Below, piece after piece: positions 25,176-36,289 of a DNA stretch of 64,000 bases (within the stretch, counting starts at the first letter, position 1; every line of letters starts with the position of its first letter). The position numbers and the translations under genes are program-made. Source of the DNA: an uncultured Thiomicrospira sp. (GTDB lineage: Bacteria; Pseudomonadota; Gammaproteobacteria; CAKMZV01); NCBI GenBank assembly GCA_965195345.1, contig OZ239628.1, positions 1,216,001 to 1,280,000 on the forward strand. Reading direction: 5' to 3'. The notes under the pieces were generated by a model. It had not been told where the DNA came from. It worked only from the letters and a program-made list of their open reading frames with translations, and ran no database searches.

Positions 25176-26366
25176 TTAATTGGATTTGTTAGGGCTCAAG
25201 TTGTAACGTAGTACAAAAAATCCAAACAGACCTGATAAAACCGAGCCGATAATGATACCCAGTCTTTCATCGAATAAGAGGTTAACACCAGTCTCTTCAA
25301 AAGCCAATGATCCAATGAAAAGGCTCATAGTAAACCCTATTCCACAAAGCGCAGAAGTGCCGTATAAACTTACCCAATTCATCCCTGCAGGCAACTGTGT
25401 TATTTTCAGTTTTATGACAAGCCAACACAGTCCAAAAATACCAATCTGTTTGCCAAAAAACAGACCAAGGGCAATTCCGATTGGTACTCCATGAAAAACT
25501 TGATCCAGGCTTACTTGTGTTAAATTCATACCCGCATTTGCAAAAGCAAAAACGGGAAGAACAAAGAATGCAACAACCTTATGCAAATCATGCTCTAGGC
25601 TTTTAAGGGGAGAGTAGTCAGGGTTATCATTTGAGCGCAAGGGGATGAACATAGCCAACACCACACCTGCCAATGTTGCATGCACACCTGATTTCACCAT
25701 TGCTGCCCACATAATGATGCCAATAAGAATATAGGGGCTTTTAGAGATGACGTTTTTTTTGTTCATGTACCAAAGAATTGGTATGCAAAGTACCACCACA
25801 ACGAGCGCAGTCAGTGATATTTTTGATGCGTAGAAAAATGAAATGATAAGGATTGCTCCGATGTCATCGAATATAGCTAAAGAAGTCAGAAATATTTTAA
25901 GCTGAATTGGAACACGAGAACCAAGAAGCGTTAAAACGGCTAAGGCGAAAGCCACATCAGTAGTGGCAGGTATTGCCCAGCCTTTCGCAGCAACGACATC
26001 ATTGCTATTAAAATATAGATATACCAGCGCAGGAACTACCATCCCACCAATCGCACCAACCCCAGGCAATATGATGTTCCTCTTGTCTGAAAGCTCGCCT
26101 TCTACTAATTCACGCTTTAATTCAAGACCAACTAAGAAAAAGAACACCGCCATCAATCCGTCATTAATCCAAAGCAGTAACGGCTTTGATATTTCCAAAG
26201 GTCCAATATGTACTGCTACTGGTGTTGAGATTAACAACTGGTAGTAGGGTTCAAGGAAGGAGTTTGTCAGTATTATTGCCAGCAGCGACGTTAAGAAGAG
26301 CAGAATGCCGCCAGAAGATTCTAATTTCAAAAAAGAAGTAATGAATGAGTCCTGCTGATTTTGCAT
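25176..26366 (-). CDS. nhaA: Na+/H+ antiporter NhaA
   Basis: WINDGLMAVFFF..GLELKRE, GWAIPATTDVAFA, LAIFDD, SGVHATLAGV, CGIGFTMSLFI. Confidence 0.96.
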   Translation of the reverse strand: MQNQQDSFITSFLKLESSGGILLFLTSLLAIILTNSFLEPYYQLLISTPVAVHIGPLEISKPLLLWINDGLMAVFFFLVGLELKRELVEGELSDKRNIILPGVGAIGGMVVPALVYLYFNSNDVVAAKGWAIPATTDVAFALAVLTLLGSRVPIQLKIFLTSLAIFDDIGAILIISFFYASKISLTALVVVVLCIPILWYMNKKNVISKSPYILIGIIMWAAMVKSGVHATLAGVVLAMFIPLRSNDNPDYSPLKSLEHDLHKVVAFFVLPVFAFANAGMNLTQVSLDQVFHGVPIGIALGLFFGKQIGIFGLCWLVIKLKITQLPAGMNWVSLYGTSALCGIGFTMSLFIGSLAFEETGVNLLFDERLGIIIGSVLSGLFGFFVLRYNLSPNKSN

Positions 26367-26984
26367 AATTTTCCTAATATTCTAATAAGTGCGTGTTAAG
26401 CGACATTTGGTGGATGAAGTGAGCATTTCAACGAAAAAAGTAGGTGAATCTTACATTTCTCACTTGAGAAAACTGATGGAGTGCAATTTGTGTTTTTCAA
26501 TTGATTTTTTATGACTTAGTTATTCTTTGTTGCTTAACCTTGCAAAGCACGAATTCATTGAATGATTTTTTGATGGTTATAGCAATATCTAATTTTAACG
26601 CATCTAGCATATTATTTAAGAGATTGAAGATTTATTAATTCTTGTTTTACGATTCCAAGCGTAACGCTATAATGTTATGACAATCATTTATGCCCCATGA
26701 ACTGCTTTTTCGTTCGTTTTCATGTTTTTTGAATTTCTATTGCAAATAAACTAAAAGAGAAACGCAGTTAAAGAACCGCATTGCAAAATGCAAGCAAATA
26801 AAATAAAACAAGTATGTCAAAAAAATATGTTCTTCCATTTTTGCTGGGTTATTCGCCAATTATTTATCGATAAATCAAATGTAACCAGAGCCTCTATACT
26901 ATAATTGCTTACGAAAACTGCAAGTTTTAGCTTGCCTATTCAATTCACGTATTTAAATCTAACATTCAAATCAAAGAAAAGCTA

Positions 26985-28253
26985 ATGAGAAAAGAAAGCA
27001 TTTGTATTCATGAAGGGTACGATAAGGATTCGAACAATTCATGCGCAGTCCCTATTCACCAAACGGTCGCCTATGAGTTCGATAACGCGCAACATGGCGC
27101 TGATTTATTTGATCTTGCTGTACCTGGCAATATTTATTCACGGATTATGAATCCCACGTGGGATGTTTTAGAAAAACGTGTTTCAGCCCTTGAAGGGGGA
27201 CTTGCATCATTGGTAACTTCTGCCGGAAGTGCAGCAATCAATTATTCGATTTTAAATTTAGCTGAAGTGGGAGACAACATTATTAGCACACCGCAGCTAT
27301 ATGGTGGAACTCATACACTCTTCGCACATATGTTGCCAAAACAAGGTATTGAAGTGCGTTTTCCTGATTCAGATAAAGCAGAAGATTTTTCAAAATTGAT
27401 TGATGAAAAAACAAAAGCTATATTCTGTGAATCAATAGGCAACCCTGCTGGAAATATTGCTGATATTGAAACGTTAGCGCAAATAGCGAATGAAAATAAT
27501 CTGCCTTTGATTGTTGATAACACAGTAGCAACACCGGCATTGTTTAATCCAATAGCGCATGGTGCTCATATAGTTGTTCACTCTTTGACTAAGTACATGG
27601 GAGGACATGGCACAACTTTAGGTGGCATTATTGTCGATTCGGGTAAATTCGATTGGAAAGCAAACAGTGATCGGTTCCCACAATTCAGCACACCTGAGCC
27701 GGCCTACCATGACGTAGTCTATACTGACCATTTTGGTGAAGCTGCTTACATCGCACGTGCACGAACGGTGGCTTTAAGAAATACGGGGGCAGCACTTTCT
27801 CCTATAAGTGCTTTCTTATTACTACAAGGTATTGAAACCCTTCCTCTGCGTATGGAGCGCCATTGTCAAAATGCTATCGATGTGTGTGATTATTTGAAAG
27901 CGCATCCGAAAGTTGATTGGGTGCATTATGCTGGCTTACCTGACAGCCCTTACTATTCTTTAGCGAAAAAGTATTTTGATGGGAAACCTGCTTCTTTGTT
28001 GACATTCGGTGTCAAAGGTGGATATGAACCAGCTACAAAATTCTATGATGCTTTGAAAATGATTAAAAGATTAGTTAACATCGGTGATGCTAAGTCTTTA
28101 GCATGTCACCCTGCTTCAACTACGCATAGGCAGTTAACAGAACCTGAGCTTAAAAGAGCGGGAGTAACGCCTGAAATGTTGCGTCTATGCATTGGCATTG
28201 AGCATATAGAGGACATTAAAGACGATCTTGAGCAGGCATTGTCTTTGATATAG
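26985..28253 (+). CDS. metY: O-acetylhomoserine aminocarboxypropyltransferase/sulfhydrylase
   Basis: GNIYSRIMNPT, HSLTKYMGGHG (PLP Lys), NIGDAKSLACHPASTTHRQL. Confidence 0.93.
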   Translation: MRKESICIHEGYDKDSNNSCAVPIHQTVAYEFDNAQHGADLFDLAVPGNIYSRIMNPTWDVLEKRVSALEGGLASLVTSAGSAAINYSILNLAEVGDNIISTPQLYGGTHTLFAHMLPKQGIEVRFPDSDKAEDFSKLIDEKTKAIFCESIGNPAGNIADIETLAQIANENNLPLIVDNTVATPALFNPIAHGAHIVVHSLTKYMGGHGTTLGGIIVDSGKFDWKANSDRFPQFSTPEPAYHDVVYTDHFGEAAYIARARTVALRNTGAALSPISAFLLLQGIETLPLRMERHCQNAIDVCDYLKAHPKVDWVHYAGLPDSPYYSLAKKYFDGKPASLLTFGVKGGYEPATKFYDALKMIKRLVNIGDAKSLACHPASTTHRQLTEPELKRAGVTPEMLRLCIGIEHIEDIKDDLEQALSLI

Positions 28254-28290
28254 TTGTGGTGCAACAAAAGAAACTTCTACAGAGATTGAC

Positions 28291-28321
28291 GAGGTTATGC
28301 ATTTCTAATGTGCATGACCTC
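28291..28321. terminator. Stem-loop between convergent metY and aldehyde dehydrogenase genes
   Basis: GAGGTTATGCA-N9-TGCATGACCTC, 11-bp stem with one G-U pair. Confidence 0.5.
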
Positions 28322-28435
28322 ATTGATGAGGCTTTCGGATACGTTTAAAAGTTGTTGCAATATGATTGTGATGTTACCTATCAAACGCTTTTTTTCTGTG
28401 TTTTCTATAAACTATCCTATCTGTGAAAACAAGAA

Positions 28436-29875
28436 CTAGCCTTCTCTCCAGCCACTAACCGCTTTTATTTCTAAATAATCTTCGAGTCCCCAAACGCCTC
28501 CTTCACGACCATTTCCAGATTTTTTGTATCCACCAAATGGCGCACCAGCTCCTCGGGATTCTCCATTTATTTCAACCATACCAGAGCGCAATCTCTTTGC
28601 CACCGCTACCGCCTTATCCATATCTAAAGTTTCTATGTAGTTCGTTAAACCAAATTCCGTATCATTAGCAATTTCAATTGCTTCTTCAACAGTGTTAAAG
28701 GGGATGATAGACAATACTGGACCAAATATTTCTTCTCTAGCAATAGTCATTGAATTGTTAACATCGGCAAACAGGGTGGGCTTAACAAAATAGCCTTTTG
28801 TATGTCCATCTGCCTTCCCCAACCCTCCAGCAAGAAGACGAGCCCCTTCATCTATGCCAATTTGAATGTGTTTTTGAATTTTATCATATTGCTCTTTTGA
28901 CACAACAGGTCCAATATGACGGCCTGATTTTGATGCAATATCAACAGAACTAATTTGAGCAGCAGCAAGTGCTTCTTCTATGGACTGCTCGTATATTGAG
29001 CGCTCAACGAGCATGCGACTGGGGGCGTTGCAAGACTGTCCCGAGTTATTGAAACAATGAAAAACGCCTCTTTTTACTGCTTTTTCGTCCGCATCTGCAA
29101 ATATTATATTTGCCCCTTTTCCACCCAACTCAAGGGAAACTTTTTTAATCGTGTTGGCGGCATTTTTACTAATCAGAGAACCAGCTCTTGCCGATCCAGT
29201 GAAGGAAATCATATCAACGTCTTCATGCCCTGATAAAATTGATCCGACTCCTAAACCATCACCATTTATCATATTGTAAACCCCTGAAGGAAAACCCGCT
29301 TCATCAAGCATTTCACTAAACAACATTGAAGATAGTGGTGCAATTTCAGAAGGCTTTAAAATCATAGTACAGCCTGCGGCTAGTGCAGGAATCACTTTTA
29401 ATGTAACTTGATTCATGGGCCAATTCCAAGGTGTAATCAACCCACATACTCCTATTGGTTCGTACAGAATGCGATCGTTAGGGGCGTGTTCTCCTAGCGC
29501 TCTGACAAAATCAAAATTCTTAAAAGCTTCTATTGTGGATTTTATGTGCCCTATCCCCGCTCCAACTTGAGAGCTATTGGACAAGTCTTTAGGAGCCCCC
29601 ATTTCCAGTGAAATTGCCTCGCCCATCTCACTTGCTCTTCTTTTGTAGATAGAATATAAATTCTCGAGTAATTCCAATCGTTCTTTTTTGCTGGTTAAAC
29701 TCCAACTTTTAAAAGCATCTTTTGCTGCCAAAACAGCTGTATTCACATCTACAACGCCACCCAGTGATATAACGGCGCAAACCGATTCATTGGAAGGGTT
29801 AATCACGTTAAAATCATGTTTCTGAAAAGGATTCACCCATTTTCCATTAATATAAAACTGTCGTTTATCAAGCAT
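28436..29875 (-). CDS. Aldehyde dehydrogenase family protein
   Basis: ITPWNWP, SFTGS, LELGGK, NSGQSCNAP (catalytic Cys), EEIFGP; likely start MLDKRQ at 29875 after a GAGAGG RBS. Confidence 0.93.
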   Translation of the reverse strand: MLDKRQFYINGKWVNPFQKHDFNVINPSNESVCAVISLGGVVDVNTAVLAAKDAFKSWSLTSKKERLELLENLYSIYKRRASEMGEAISLEMGAPKDLSNSSQVGAGIGHIKSTIEAFKNFDFVRALGEHAPNDRILYEPIGVCGLITPWNWPMNQVTLKVIPALAAGCTMILKPSEIAPLSSMLFSEMLDEAGFPSGVYNMINGDGLGVGSILSGHEDVDMISFTGSARAGSLISKNAANTIKKVSLELGGKGANIIFADADEKAVKRGVFHCFNNSGQSCNAPSRMLVERSIYEQSIEEALAAAQISSVDIASKSGRHIGPVVSKEQYDKIQKHIQIGIDEGARLLAGGLGKADGHTKGYFVKPTLFADVNNSMTIAREEIFGPVLSIIPFNTVEEAIEIANDTEFGLTNYIETLDMDKAVAVAKRLRSGMVEINGESRGAGAPFGGYKKSGNGREGGVWGLEDYLEIKAVSGWREG

Positions 29876-30178
29876 ATTTCCTCTCAAATAATATAGAGTT
29901 GCATCTTTAAAATTGCAAAAAAATGATAATGCGTTTCTCAACTACTATTAAATTAAACGCATGCATATTGCATGAATATTATCCAATATTTCTTGCAAAA
30001 TACTCAACTAGTTTATGCCGTCATTTAGCACATTAAAATGCTTCAAACATACATGGCAAAGGGATTGCTGATAAAATACGTACATATAAGATAAGCTTCT
30101 GCCATGCTTTTTTGAATGGATGTTTATATATTTGCATGACAACATAGAAATAAATTAGTACTAAACAAGGAATCAGAA

Positions 30179-30820
30179 ATGAAAAAAACTTTAAAGTGGA
30201 TATTGATCATTGCATTTGTTGTCGGTGGAAGTGCTCTTTTTTTAAAAGAACCCTTAATGGAAATGGTGGGCGATATGATGACCAATGATATGTTCCGCAA
30301 TGGAGATGATGATAGCTTTACTGCTTCTCTTGATATAGGAGATGCTATGCCAGCCATTAAAGCTTCATACAAAGGAGATGTCGTTGAAGATATGAATCAA
30401 TTCTCAGGCGAAAACGGTTATGTAGTCATTATAAATCGTTCAGTAGATTGGTGCCCATTTTGTAAGAAACAGGCAGTCAACGTAAATGAACATGTGAGTG
30501 AGTTTGAAAAAAATGGTCTGAAAGTCGTTATGATCACCTACGACGATCCTAAACTACAACAACAATTTGCTGATGAATTTTCTATTCAATATCCCATTAT
30601 TTCTGATATTGATGCTGAATCGATGAAAGCATTAGAGGTTTTACACTCAGATTATCCCAAAGGCAACGACAATTATGGACTTCCGTATCCTGGCACATTA
30701 GTCGTTTCAAAGGAAGGTGAGGTCGTAGGGAAACTTTTTTTAAAGAGATACGAAAATCGAGTAGATGCTAATAACATTCTCATTTATAGCCTTGATCGCT
30801 TAGGCTTGTTGGATCAATAA
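30179..30820 (+). CDS. Membrane-anchored peroxiredoxin/redoxin (AhpC/TSA-like) protein
   Basis: N-terminal hydrophobic anchor, RSVDWCPFC, YPIISD, PYPGT. Confidence 0.8.
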   Translation: MKKTLKWILIIAFVVGGSALFLKEPLMEMVGDMMTNDMFRNGDDDSFTASLDIGDAMPAIKASYKGDVVEDMNQFSGENGYVVIINRSVDWCPFCKKQAVNVNEHVSEFEKNGLKVVMITYDDPKLQQQFADEFSIQYPIISDIDAESMKALEVLHSDYPKGNDNYGLPYPGTLVVSKEGEVVGKLFLKRYENRVDANNILIYSLDRLGLLDQ

Positions 30821-30862
30821 AAGCTCTCAATTTCTTTAATTAGAAGCATTTCCTAAGGCACT

Positions 30863-31693
30863 TTGGAATCCTTTCTTACGTCCCCATCAGAACTTAAAGT
30901 CTGGTTGGATGCTATTTGGAGCCTTTATACCCTTAAAGCACTTGCCGTTGGTTTTGTAATTGCCTTTTTAATCAATTTAACAGGCGTGGGTGGAGGTGTG
31001 TTAATTATCCCCTCTCTTGTCTTGCTTTTTGATCTGCCCCCCTCGGTTGCTATTGGCACCGCCAGTATTTATTCCACTATTACCAAAGTGATGTCATGTG
31101 CTGATCATATTAGTCGGAAGAATGTTAATTTTTCACTTTCAAAAAAAATACTAACAATCGCCCTACCAGCCACTTTGGTTAGTAGCTTGCTGGTAAATCT
31201 TTTGCTTGCATATACTCCTCAGCATAACATGTTGATTCAAGACGTTTTATCGTTTTTTGTTTTGGGAATTATGGTACTTGCGTGTTATTTGATTTATAGT
31301 CAAAATAGGATGTTACAACATCAAGTAGAGCATAAAGAGCCTTCTGGATTTATTAGAGTTATTATTTGCGCAATGGTCGGGCTCATTATGGGAGCTACTG
31401 GCATAGGCGGTGGTATTTTATTGATTCCTACGCTATTGTTTATTTCTAATGATAACATTAAGCAGGTTGTTGGGACATCCATCTTTATTGCTCTCGTCTT
31501 ATCTGCCGCAACTGCCCTCATCTACTCTAGTGGTGACCAAAGTCATCTCGGCCTATTGGCAATACTGTTGGTGGGGTCTTTTATCGCTATTCCTTTGTCG
31601 GGTAAATTGAATCACAGCATCAGTCCACAATCCATTAGTTATTTGACAATAACTCTTATTGTAATATCTGGAGTAATGATTGTTTTTTCATAA
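30863..31693 (+). CDS. TauE/SafE family (sulfite exporter-like) membrane protein
   Basis: Duplicated LTGVGGG / ATGIGGG and AIGTA / VVGTS motifs. Confidence 0.85.
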   Translation: MESFLTSPSELKVWLDAIWSLYTLKALAVGFVIAFLINLTGVGGGVLIIPSLVLLFDLPPSVAIGTASIYSTITKVMSCADHISRKNVNFSLSKKILTIALPATLVSSLLVNLLLAYTPQHNMLIQDVLSFFVLGIMVLACYLIYSQNRMLQHQVEHKEPSGFIRVIICAMVGLIMGATGIGGGILLIPTLLFISNDNIKQVVGTSIFIALVLSAATALIYSSGDQSHLGLLAILLVGSFIAIPLSGKLNHSISPQSISYLTITLIVISGVMIVFS

Positions 31694-31904
31694 TTTTGTA
31701 GCAGCTCATTGAGGGTAAATCAAACAGTAATAACTCTCACATTAGACGAAAATAAGGTTTTCATTATGACTTTGATGTTTCCATAAAAAATCCATTCAAA
31801 TATTTCTTAATCATTTACTATAATGTCGTTCTTGTCCTGCTCTGATTTTTAGACTATAACGGTTATTAACGACTATAAACTGATACCCACAGAGGCATCT
31901 AAAT

Positions 31905-32981
31905 ATGAAAAAAACCACACTATTTCCTCTTCACGAAAATGCAAATGCAAAAATGGGACCTTTCGCTGGTTTTGAAATGCCGTTGTTTTATCCGTTGGGT
32001 ATGGTTAAAGAACACATACACACTCGCACTAAAGCTGGATTGTTTGATATATCTCATATGGTGCATATCTCAGTTGAAGGGGTTGAAGCAGCCTCTTTTC
32101 TTGAGAAAATATGCCCTTGTCTTGCATCCGAACAATCAATCAATACCTGTCGATATTCGTTCTTCCTTAATGATAATGGCGGCGTGATTGATGACTTAAT
32201 GATAACCCGCTTAGGGCAAAATCAATATCGAGTTGTAGTAAATGCTGGATGTGCTGACAAAGATTGGGCACATATGCTAAAAATATCCGCTGATTTTGAT
32301 GTTACTATAGAGAAGTTAGAACTTGCTTTCATTGCCTTGCAAGGACCTGATTCAGAGAGTGTACTGAAAAATTGTGGTCATGACTTCAGTGATATGGTGT
32401 TCATGACTGCAAAAGTACTAAAACCTGATTGGTTTATCACGCGCAGTGGATATACTGGTGAAGATGGTTTTGAAATTGCAGCATCAGAAAATGAGATATT
32501 TGAGTTATCACAGCAATTATTAAATGATAAGCGCGTTGCTTTAATCGGGCTTGGCGCACGAGATTCCTTAAGATTAGAAGCTGGATTATCGTTATATAGT
32601 CAAGATTTGACAGATGACATATCGCCCGCTGAAGCTGGGCAACTTTGGGCTATCCCCAAAAAATTGCGTTCGAACGGAGAGTATTTAGGTTCAAAGGCGC
32701 TTATTAAGCAGCTAAATGGCGTTATTCCTCGGAAACGTATCGGGCTGAAAATTGTTGGCAAATTACCCGTAAGATCGCATACTGAATTATTTAACAATCA
32801 AAATGAATCCATTGGAGAAGTAACCTCTGGTGGGATCGGCTCAACTTGCGACTCTGCAATTGCTATGGCCTTGGTTGCTAAAGACTTCAATGATTCTAGC
32901 TGTTGGGCTTTAGTTAGGAATAAACGCATTGAAATGAACGTCCACACCCTACCTTTTGTTGCACACACATACAAAAGGTGA
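31905..32981 (+). CDS. gcvT: Glycine cleavage system T protein
   Basis: GLFDISHM, GGVIDDL, RSGYTGEDGFEI, GLGARDSLRLEAGL. Confidence 0.95.
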   Translation: MKKTTLFPLHENANAKMGPFAGFEMPLFYPLGMVKEHIHTRTKAGLFDISHMVHISVEGVEAASFLEKICPCLASEQSINTCRYSFFLNDNGGVIDDLMITRLGQNQYRVVVNAGCADKDWAHMLKISADFDVTIEKLELAFIALQGPDSESVLKNCGHDFSDMVFMTAKVLKPDWFITRSGYTGEDGFEIAASENEIFELSQQLLNDKRVALIGLGARDSLRLEAGLSLYSQDLTDDISPAEAGQLWAIPKKLRSNGEYLGSKALIKQLNGVIPRKRIGLKIVGKLPVRSHTELFNNQNESIGEVTSGGIGSTCDSAIAMALVAKDFNDSSCWALVRNKRIEMNVHTLPFVAHTYKR

Positions 32982-33035
32982 TTATTTGATTACGAGATTT
33001 ATTAGACGAATTACACAACATAACAAAGGAGATTT

Positions 33036-33404
33036 ATGAGCATTTACTACACACAAACGCACGAATGGGTACAAGTCAAAGATAACATTGCAACAATAGG
33101 TGTTACTAGTTTTGCTTTGGAACAATTAGGCGACTTGGTTTATATTGAATTACCTGAAGTTGGATCTGATATTTCTAAGGGCGGTGAATCCGCTGTCGTT
33201 GAGTCTGTTAAAGCCGCATCCGATGTTTATGCTGCTGTATCTGGGACTATCCGTGAAGTAAATGAAGAGTTGGCTGATGATGCCTCCATTGCTTCTGCTG
33301 ACTCTCCTATGGATTGTTGGCTATATCGTGTAGAAATGAGCACTCCTTCTGAAATTGACGATTTACTTGACGAAGCTTCTTATAACGAAACGCTTGATCA
33401 TTAA
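33036..33404 (+). CDS. gcvH: Glycine cleavage system H protein
   Basis: HEW, LGDLVYIELP, VESVKAASD (lipoyl Lys). Confidence 0.96.
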   Translation: MSIYYTQTHEWVQVKDNIATIGVTSFALEQLGDLVYIELPEVGSDISKGGESAVVESVKAASDVYAAVSGTIREVNEELADDASIASADSPMDCWLYRVEMSTPSEIDDLLDEASYNETLDH

Positions 33405-33502
33405 AACGTATTGAATGAGTCTTACAGTATTGATTTATAACGAATAGTTATTTGCATTATACGCTAGTGCTTTAACTGTTAAAACATCCCAAAAGGAAAA
33501 TT

Positions 33503-36289
33503 ATGCAAAGTTCTTTCTTACCAAGACATTTAGGACCTCGTGTCAGTGATTACACAAAAATGCTACAGGATATAGATGCAACATCACTTGATAATTTAAT
33601 TGAACAGGTGGTTCCAGAAAACATACGCTCAAACACTCCGCTTGAGATACCTGATGGCATTAGTGAAGAAGAGGCTTTACTTGAGTTAAAAGGGATCATG
33701 AATCAAAATGTCGTTCCTCGTTCAATGATTGGACAAGGCTATCATGATTGTCATGTGCCTCCAGTTATTCTTCGAAACATGCTGGAAAATCCTGCTTGGT
33801 ACACCGCATATACCCCCTACCAACCTGAAATATCACAGGGGCGTTTGGAAATGCTGTTTAACTTTCAAACACTCATTACTGAATTGACAGGGTTGCCTGT
33901 AGCGAATGCGTCGTTATTAGACGAGGCAACTGCTGTTGCTGAAGCTGCTATTATCGCTTTTCGTCAACATAAGGGCAAACGTTCTAAAATGGTTTTGGCA
34001 AATCAGTTCCATCCACAAACATTAGATGTTGTTGCTACAAGAGGTAAATCCGTTGGCTATACCTTGAGCAATGGAGACATTGATGAGGAAACAGCAGCAC
34101 TCCTCATACAATACCCTGATACTTATGGCGTGCAATCAGATATGCGCGACTTAATTCAAAAAGCGAAACAACTTGATGTGTTGATTATATTTTCTGCTGA
34201 CCCTCTTGCTTTGGTGCTTTTTGAGCCACCTGGCAACTTGGGAGCGGATATGGTTGTAGGATCTATTCAGCGTTTCGGCGTACCAATGGGCAATGGTGGA
34301 CCACATGCTGCCTTCATGGCGACCACTGAAAAGTTGACGCGTATTATTCCAGGTCGTATTATTGGTCAGAGTATTGATAGTGAAGGACGCCCTGCATACC
34401 GACTTGCTTTGCAAACACGAGAGCAACACATTCGCCGTGAAAAAGCCACTTCAAATATCTGCACTGCTCAGGCATTGCTTGCTAATATGGCAGCTGCTTA
34501 TGCAATATGGCACGGTCCTATTGGATTGCGAAACATTGCGATGAAAACCCACCAGTTGGCAGCTCGCTTGGCTAAATCGCTACAGAATGGCGGTTTTGAG
34601 TTAATAGGATCTAATTTCTTTGACACAGTAACCTTTAAAGATGACAATGCATCCGAGCTACAGAAAAAAGCTGAACAAGAGAACTACTTAGTACGAAAAA
34701 TCGACAATAACTTAATCAGTATTGCATTTGATGAAACGAGTGGTGAAGTTGATTTGCAAAATATTGGCAAAATAATAGGTTGCAGCATCGTTGATGAAGC
34801 AGAAAATTCTTTTGCAGAAAAGCGCAATCCTAAAGGCTTTATGTCGCAGGAAGTATTTTGGAAAAATCGATGTGAGACTGAGATGATGCGCTTCTTCCGC
34901 TCTCTAAGTGAAAAAGACCTTGGCTTAAATCGAACAATGATTCCGCTTGGTTCTTGCACGATGAAACTCAATTCTGCAGCGGAAATGATGCCTGTTAGCT
35001 GGGAAAAAGTGAACAGAATTCACCCTTTTGCTCCATCCCATCAATCTAAGGGTTATCAAAAAATGTTTGATGACTTGGATGCGTGGTTGTCGACTATTAC
35101 TGGGTTTGCTAAAGTCAGTCTTCAGCCTAATGCAGGCAGTCAGGGAGAATTCGCTGGACTAAAAGCCATTAGCCGTTATCATGCTGCCAATGGTGAAGAA
35201 CACCGCTCTATATGTTTGATCCCCTCCTCTGCACACGGAACAAACCCTGCTTCAGCACAAATGGCTGGCTATAAAGTGGTTGTTACTAAATGTCTTGAAA
35301 ATGGTGATATTGATCTTGCTGATCTGCGAGAAAAAGCGGAACTTAACAAAGACAATCTAGCGGCTCTAATGATTACCTATCCTTCAACGCACGGCGTATT
35401 CGAAACAAATATTCGTGAAGTTTGTCAAATCATTCATGACAATGGTGGACAGGTCTATTTAGACGGAGCAAACCTTAATGCAATGGTTGGACTTGCCAAA
35501 CCTGGTGAGTTGGGTGCAGACGTATGTCATTTAAACTTGCACAAAACGTTTTGCATTCCGCATGGTGGTGGAGGTCCTGGAATAGGCCCAATCGGAGTTG
35601 CTAAGCATTTGGTACCTCATTTACCAGGGCATACTAGCCTTGGCAGTAAAGGTGCAGTTTCTGCTGCCCCCTTTGGTTCTGCCTCTATCTTACCTATAAC
35701 GTGGATGTATATTCGAATGCTGGGTGGCAATGGCTTAGTTGAAGCAACTAGAGTTGCAATTCTCAATGCCAACTATCTCGCGGTTAAACTGAAAGATATT
35801 TTCCCTGTCCTTTACACTGGGCAAAATAACCGCGTTGCACATGAATGTATCATCGATCCAAGAGAGTATAAGAAAACTGCAAATATTAGTGTTGATGATA
35901 TTGCTAAACGCCTGATGGATTTTGGTTTTCATGCCCCCACTATGTCATGGCCAGTGGTTGGCACTTTGATGATTGAACCAACCGAGTCTGAATCACTGGA
36001 AGAGCTTGATCGTTTTGTAGATGCATTAACAGTAATTCATGAGGAAATTGAAAATATCGAAAATGGCGTTTGGCCTAAAGACAATAACCCTTTAAGCAAT
36101 GCACCGCATATTGCTGAAGATTTATTGAAAGATAATTGGGATCGTCCATATAGCCGAGAAATTGGCGGGTTGCCTCGAAGCGTGGCAAGAAGTACTAAAT
36201 TTTGGCCACCCGTTTCGCGCATTGATAATATGCATGGCGATAAACACTTGGTATGTTCATGTCCTCCGTTAGAGGATTACATAGATTAA
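33503..36289 (+). CDS. gcvP: Glycine dehydrogenase (P protein)
   Basis: [50 protein letters not shown]. Confidence 0.97.
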   Translation: MQSSFLPRHLGPRVSDYTKMLQDIDATSLDNLIEQVVPENIRSNTPLEIPDGISEEEALLELKGIMNQNVVPRSMIGQGYHDCHVPPVILRNMLENPAWYTAYTPYQPEISQGRLEMLFNFQTLITELTGLPVANASLLDEATAVAEAAIIAFRQHKGKRSKMVLANQFHPQTLDVVATRGKSVGYTLSNGDIDEETAALLIQYPDTYGVQSDMRDLIQKAKQLDVLIIFSADPLALVLFEPPGNLGADMVVGSIQRFGVPMGNGGPHAAFMATTEKLTRIIPGRIIGQSIDSEGRPAYRLALQTREQHIRREKATSNICTAQALLANMAAAYAIWHGPIGLRNIAMKTHQLAARLAKSLQNGGFELIGSNFFDTVTFKDDNASELQKKAEQENYLVRKIDNNLISIAFDETSGEVDLQNIGKIIGCSIVDEAENSFAEKRNPKGFMSQEVFWKNRCETEMMRFFRSLSEKDLGLNRTMIPLGSCTMKLNSAAEMMPVSWEKVNRIHPFAPSHQSKGYQKMFDDLDAWLSTITGFAKVSLQPNAGSQGEFAGLKAISRYHAANGEEHRSICLIPSSAHGTNPASAQMAGYKVVVTKCLENGDIDLADLREKAELNKDNLAALMITYPSTHGVFETNIREVCQIIHDNGGQVYLDGANLNAMVGLAKPGELGADVCHLNLHKTFCIPHGGGGPGIGPIGVAKHLVPHLPGHTSLGSKGAVSAAPFGSASILPITWMYIRMLGGNGLVEATRVAILNANYLAVKLKDIFPVLYTGQNNRVAHECIIDPREYKKTANISVDDIAKRLMDFGFHAPTMSWPVVGTLMIEPTESESLEELDRFVDALTVIHEEIENIENGVWPKDNNPLSNAPHIAEDLLKDNWDRPYSREIGGLPRSVARSTKFWPPVSRIDNMHGDKHLVCSCPPLEDYID

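Noticed and set aside
26480-26984. SAM riboswitch or other leader upstream of metY
   Set aside because: AT-rich sequence with no recognisable aptamer core.
29960-29974. Palindrome CATGCA-TAT-TGCATG between the divergent ALDH and redoxin genes
   Set aside because: A possible operator, but it is a single short instance with no regulator nearby.
31694-31904. Glycine riboswitch upstream of gcvT
   Set aside because: The conserved GGAGA...CCGAAG...CTCTCAGG elements are absent; only a GACTATAA direct repeat is present.
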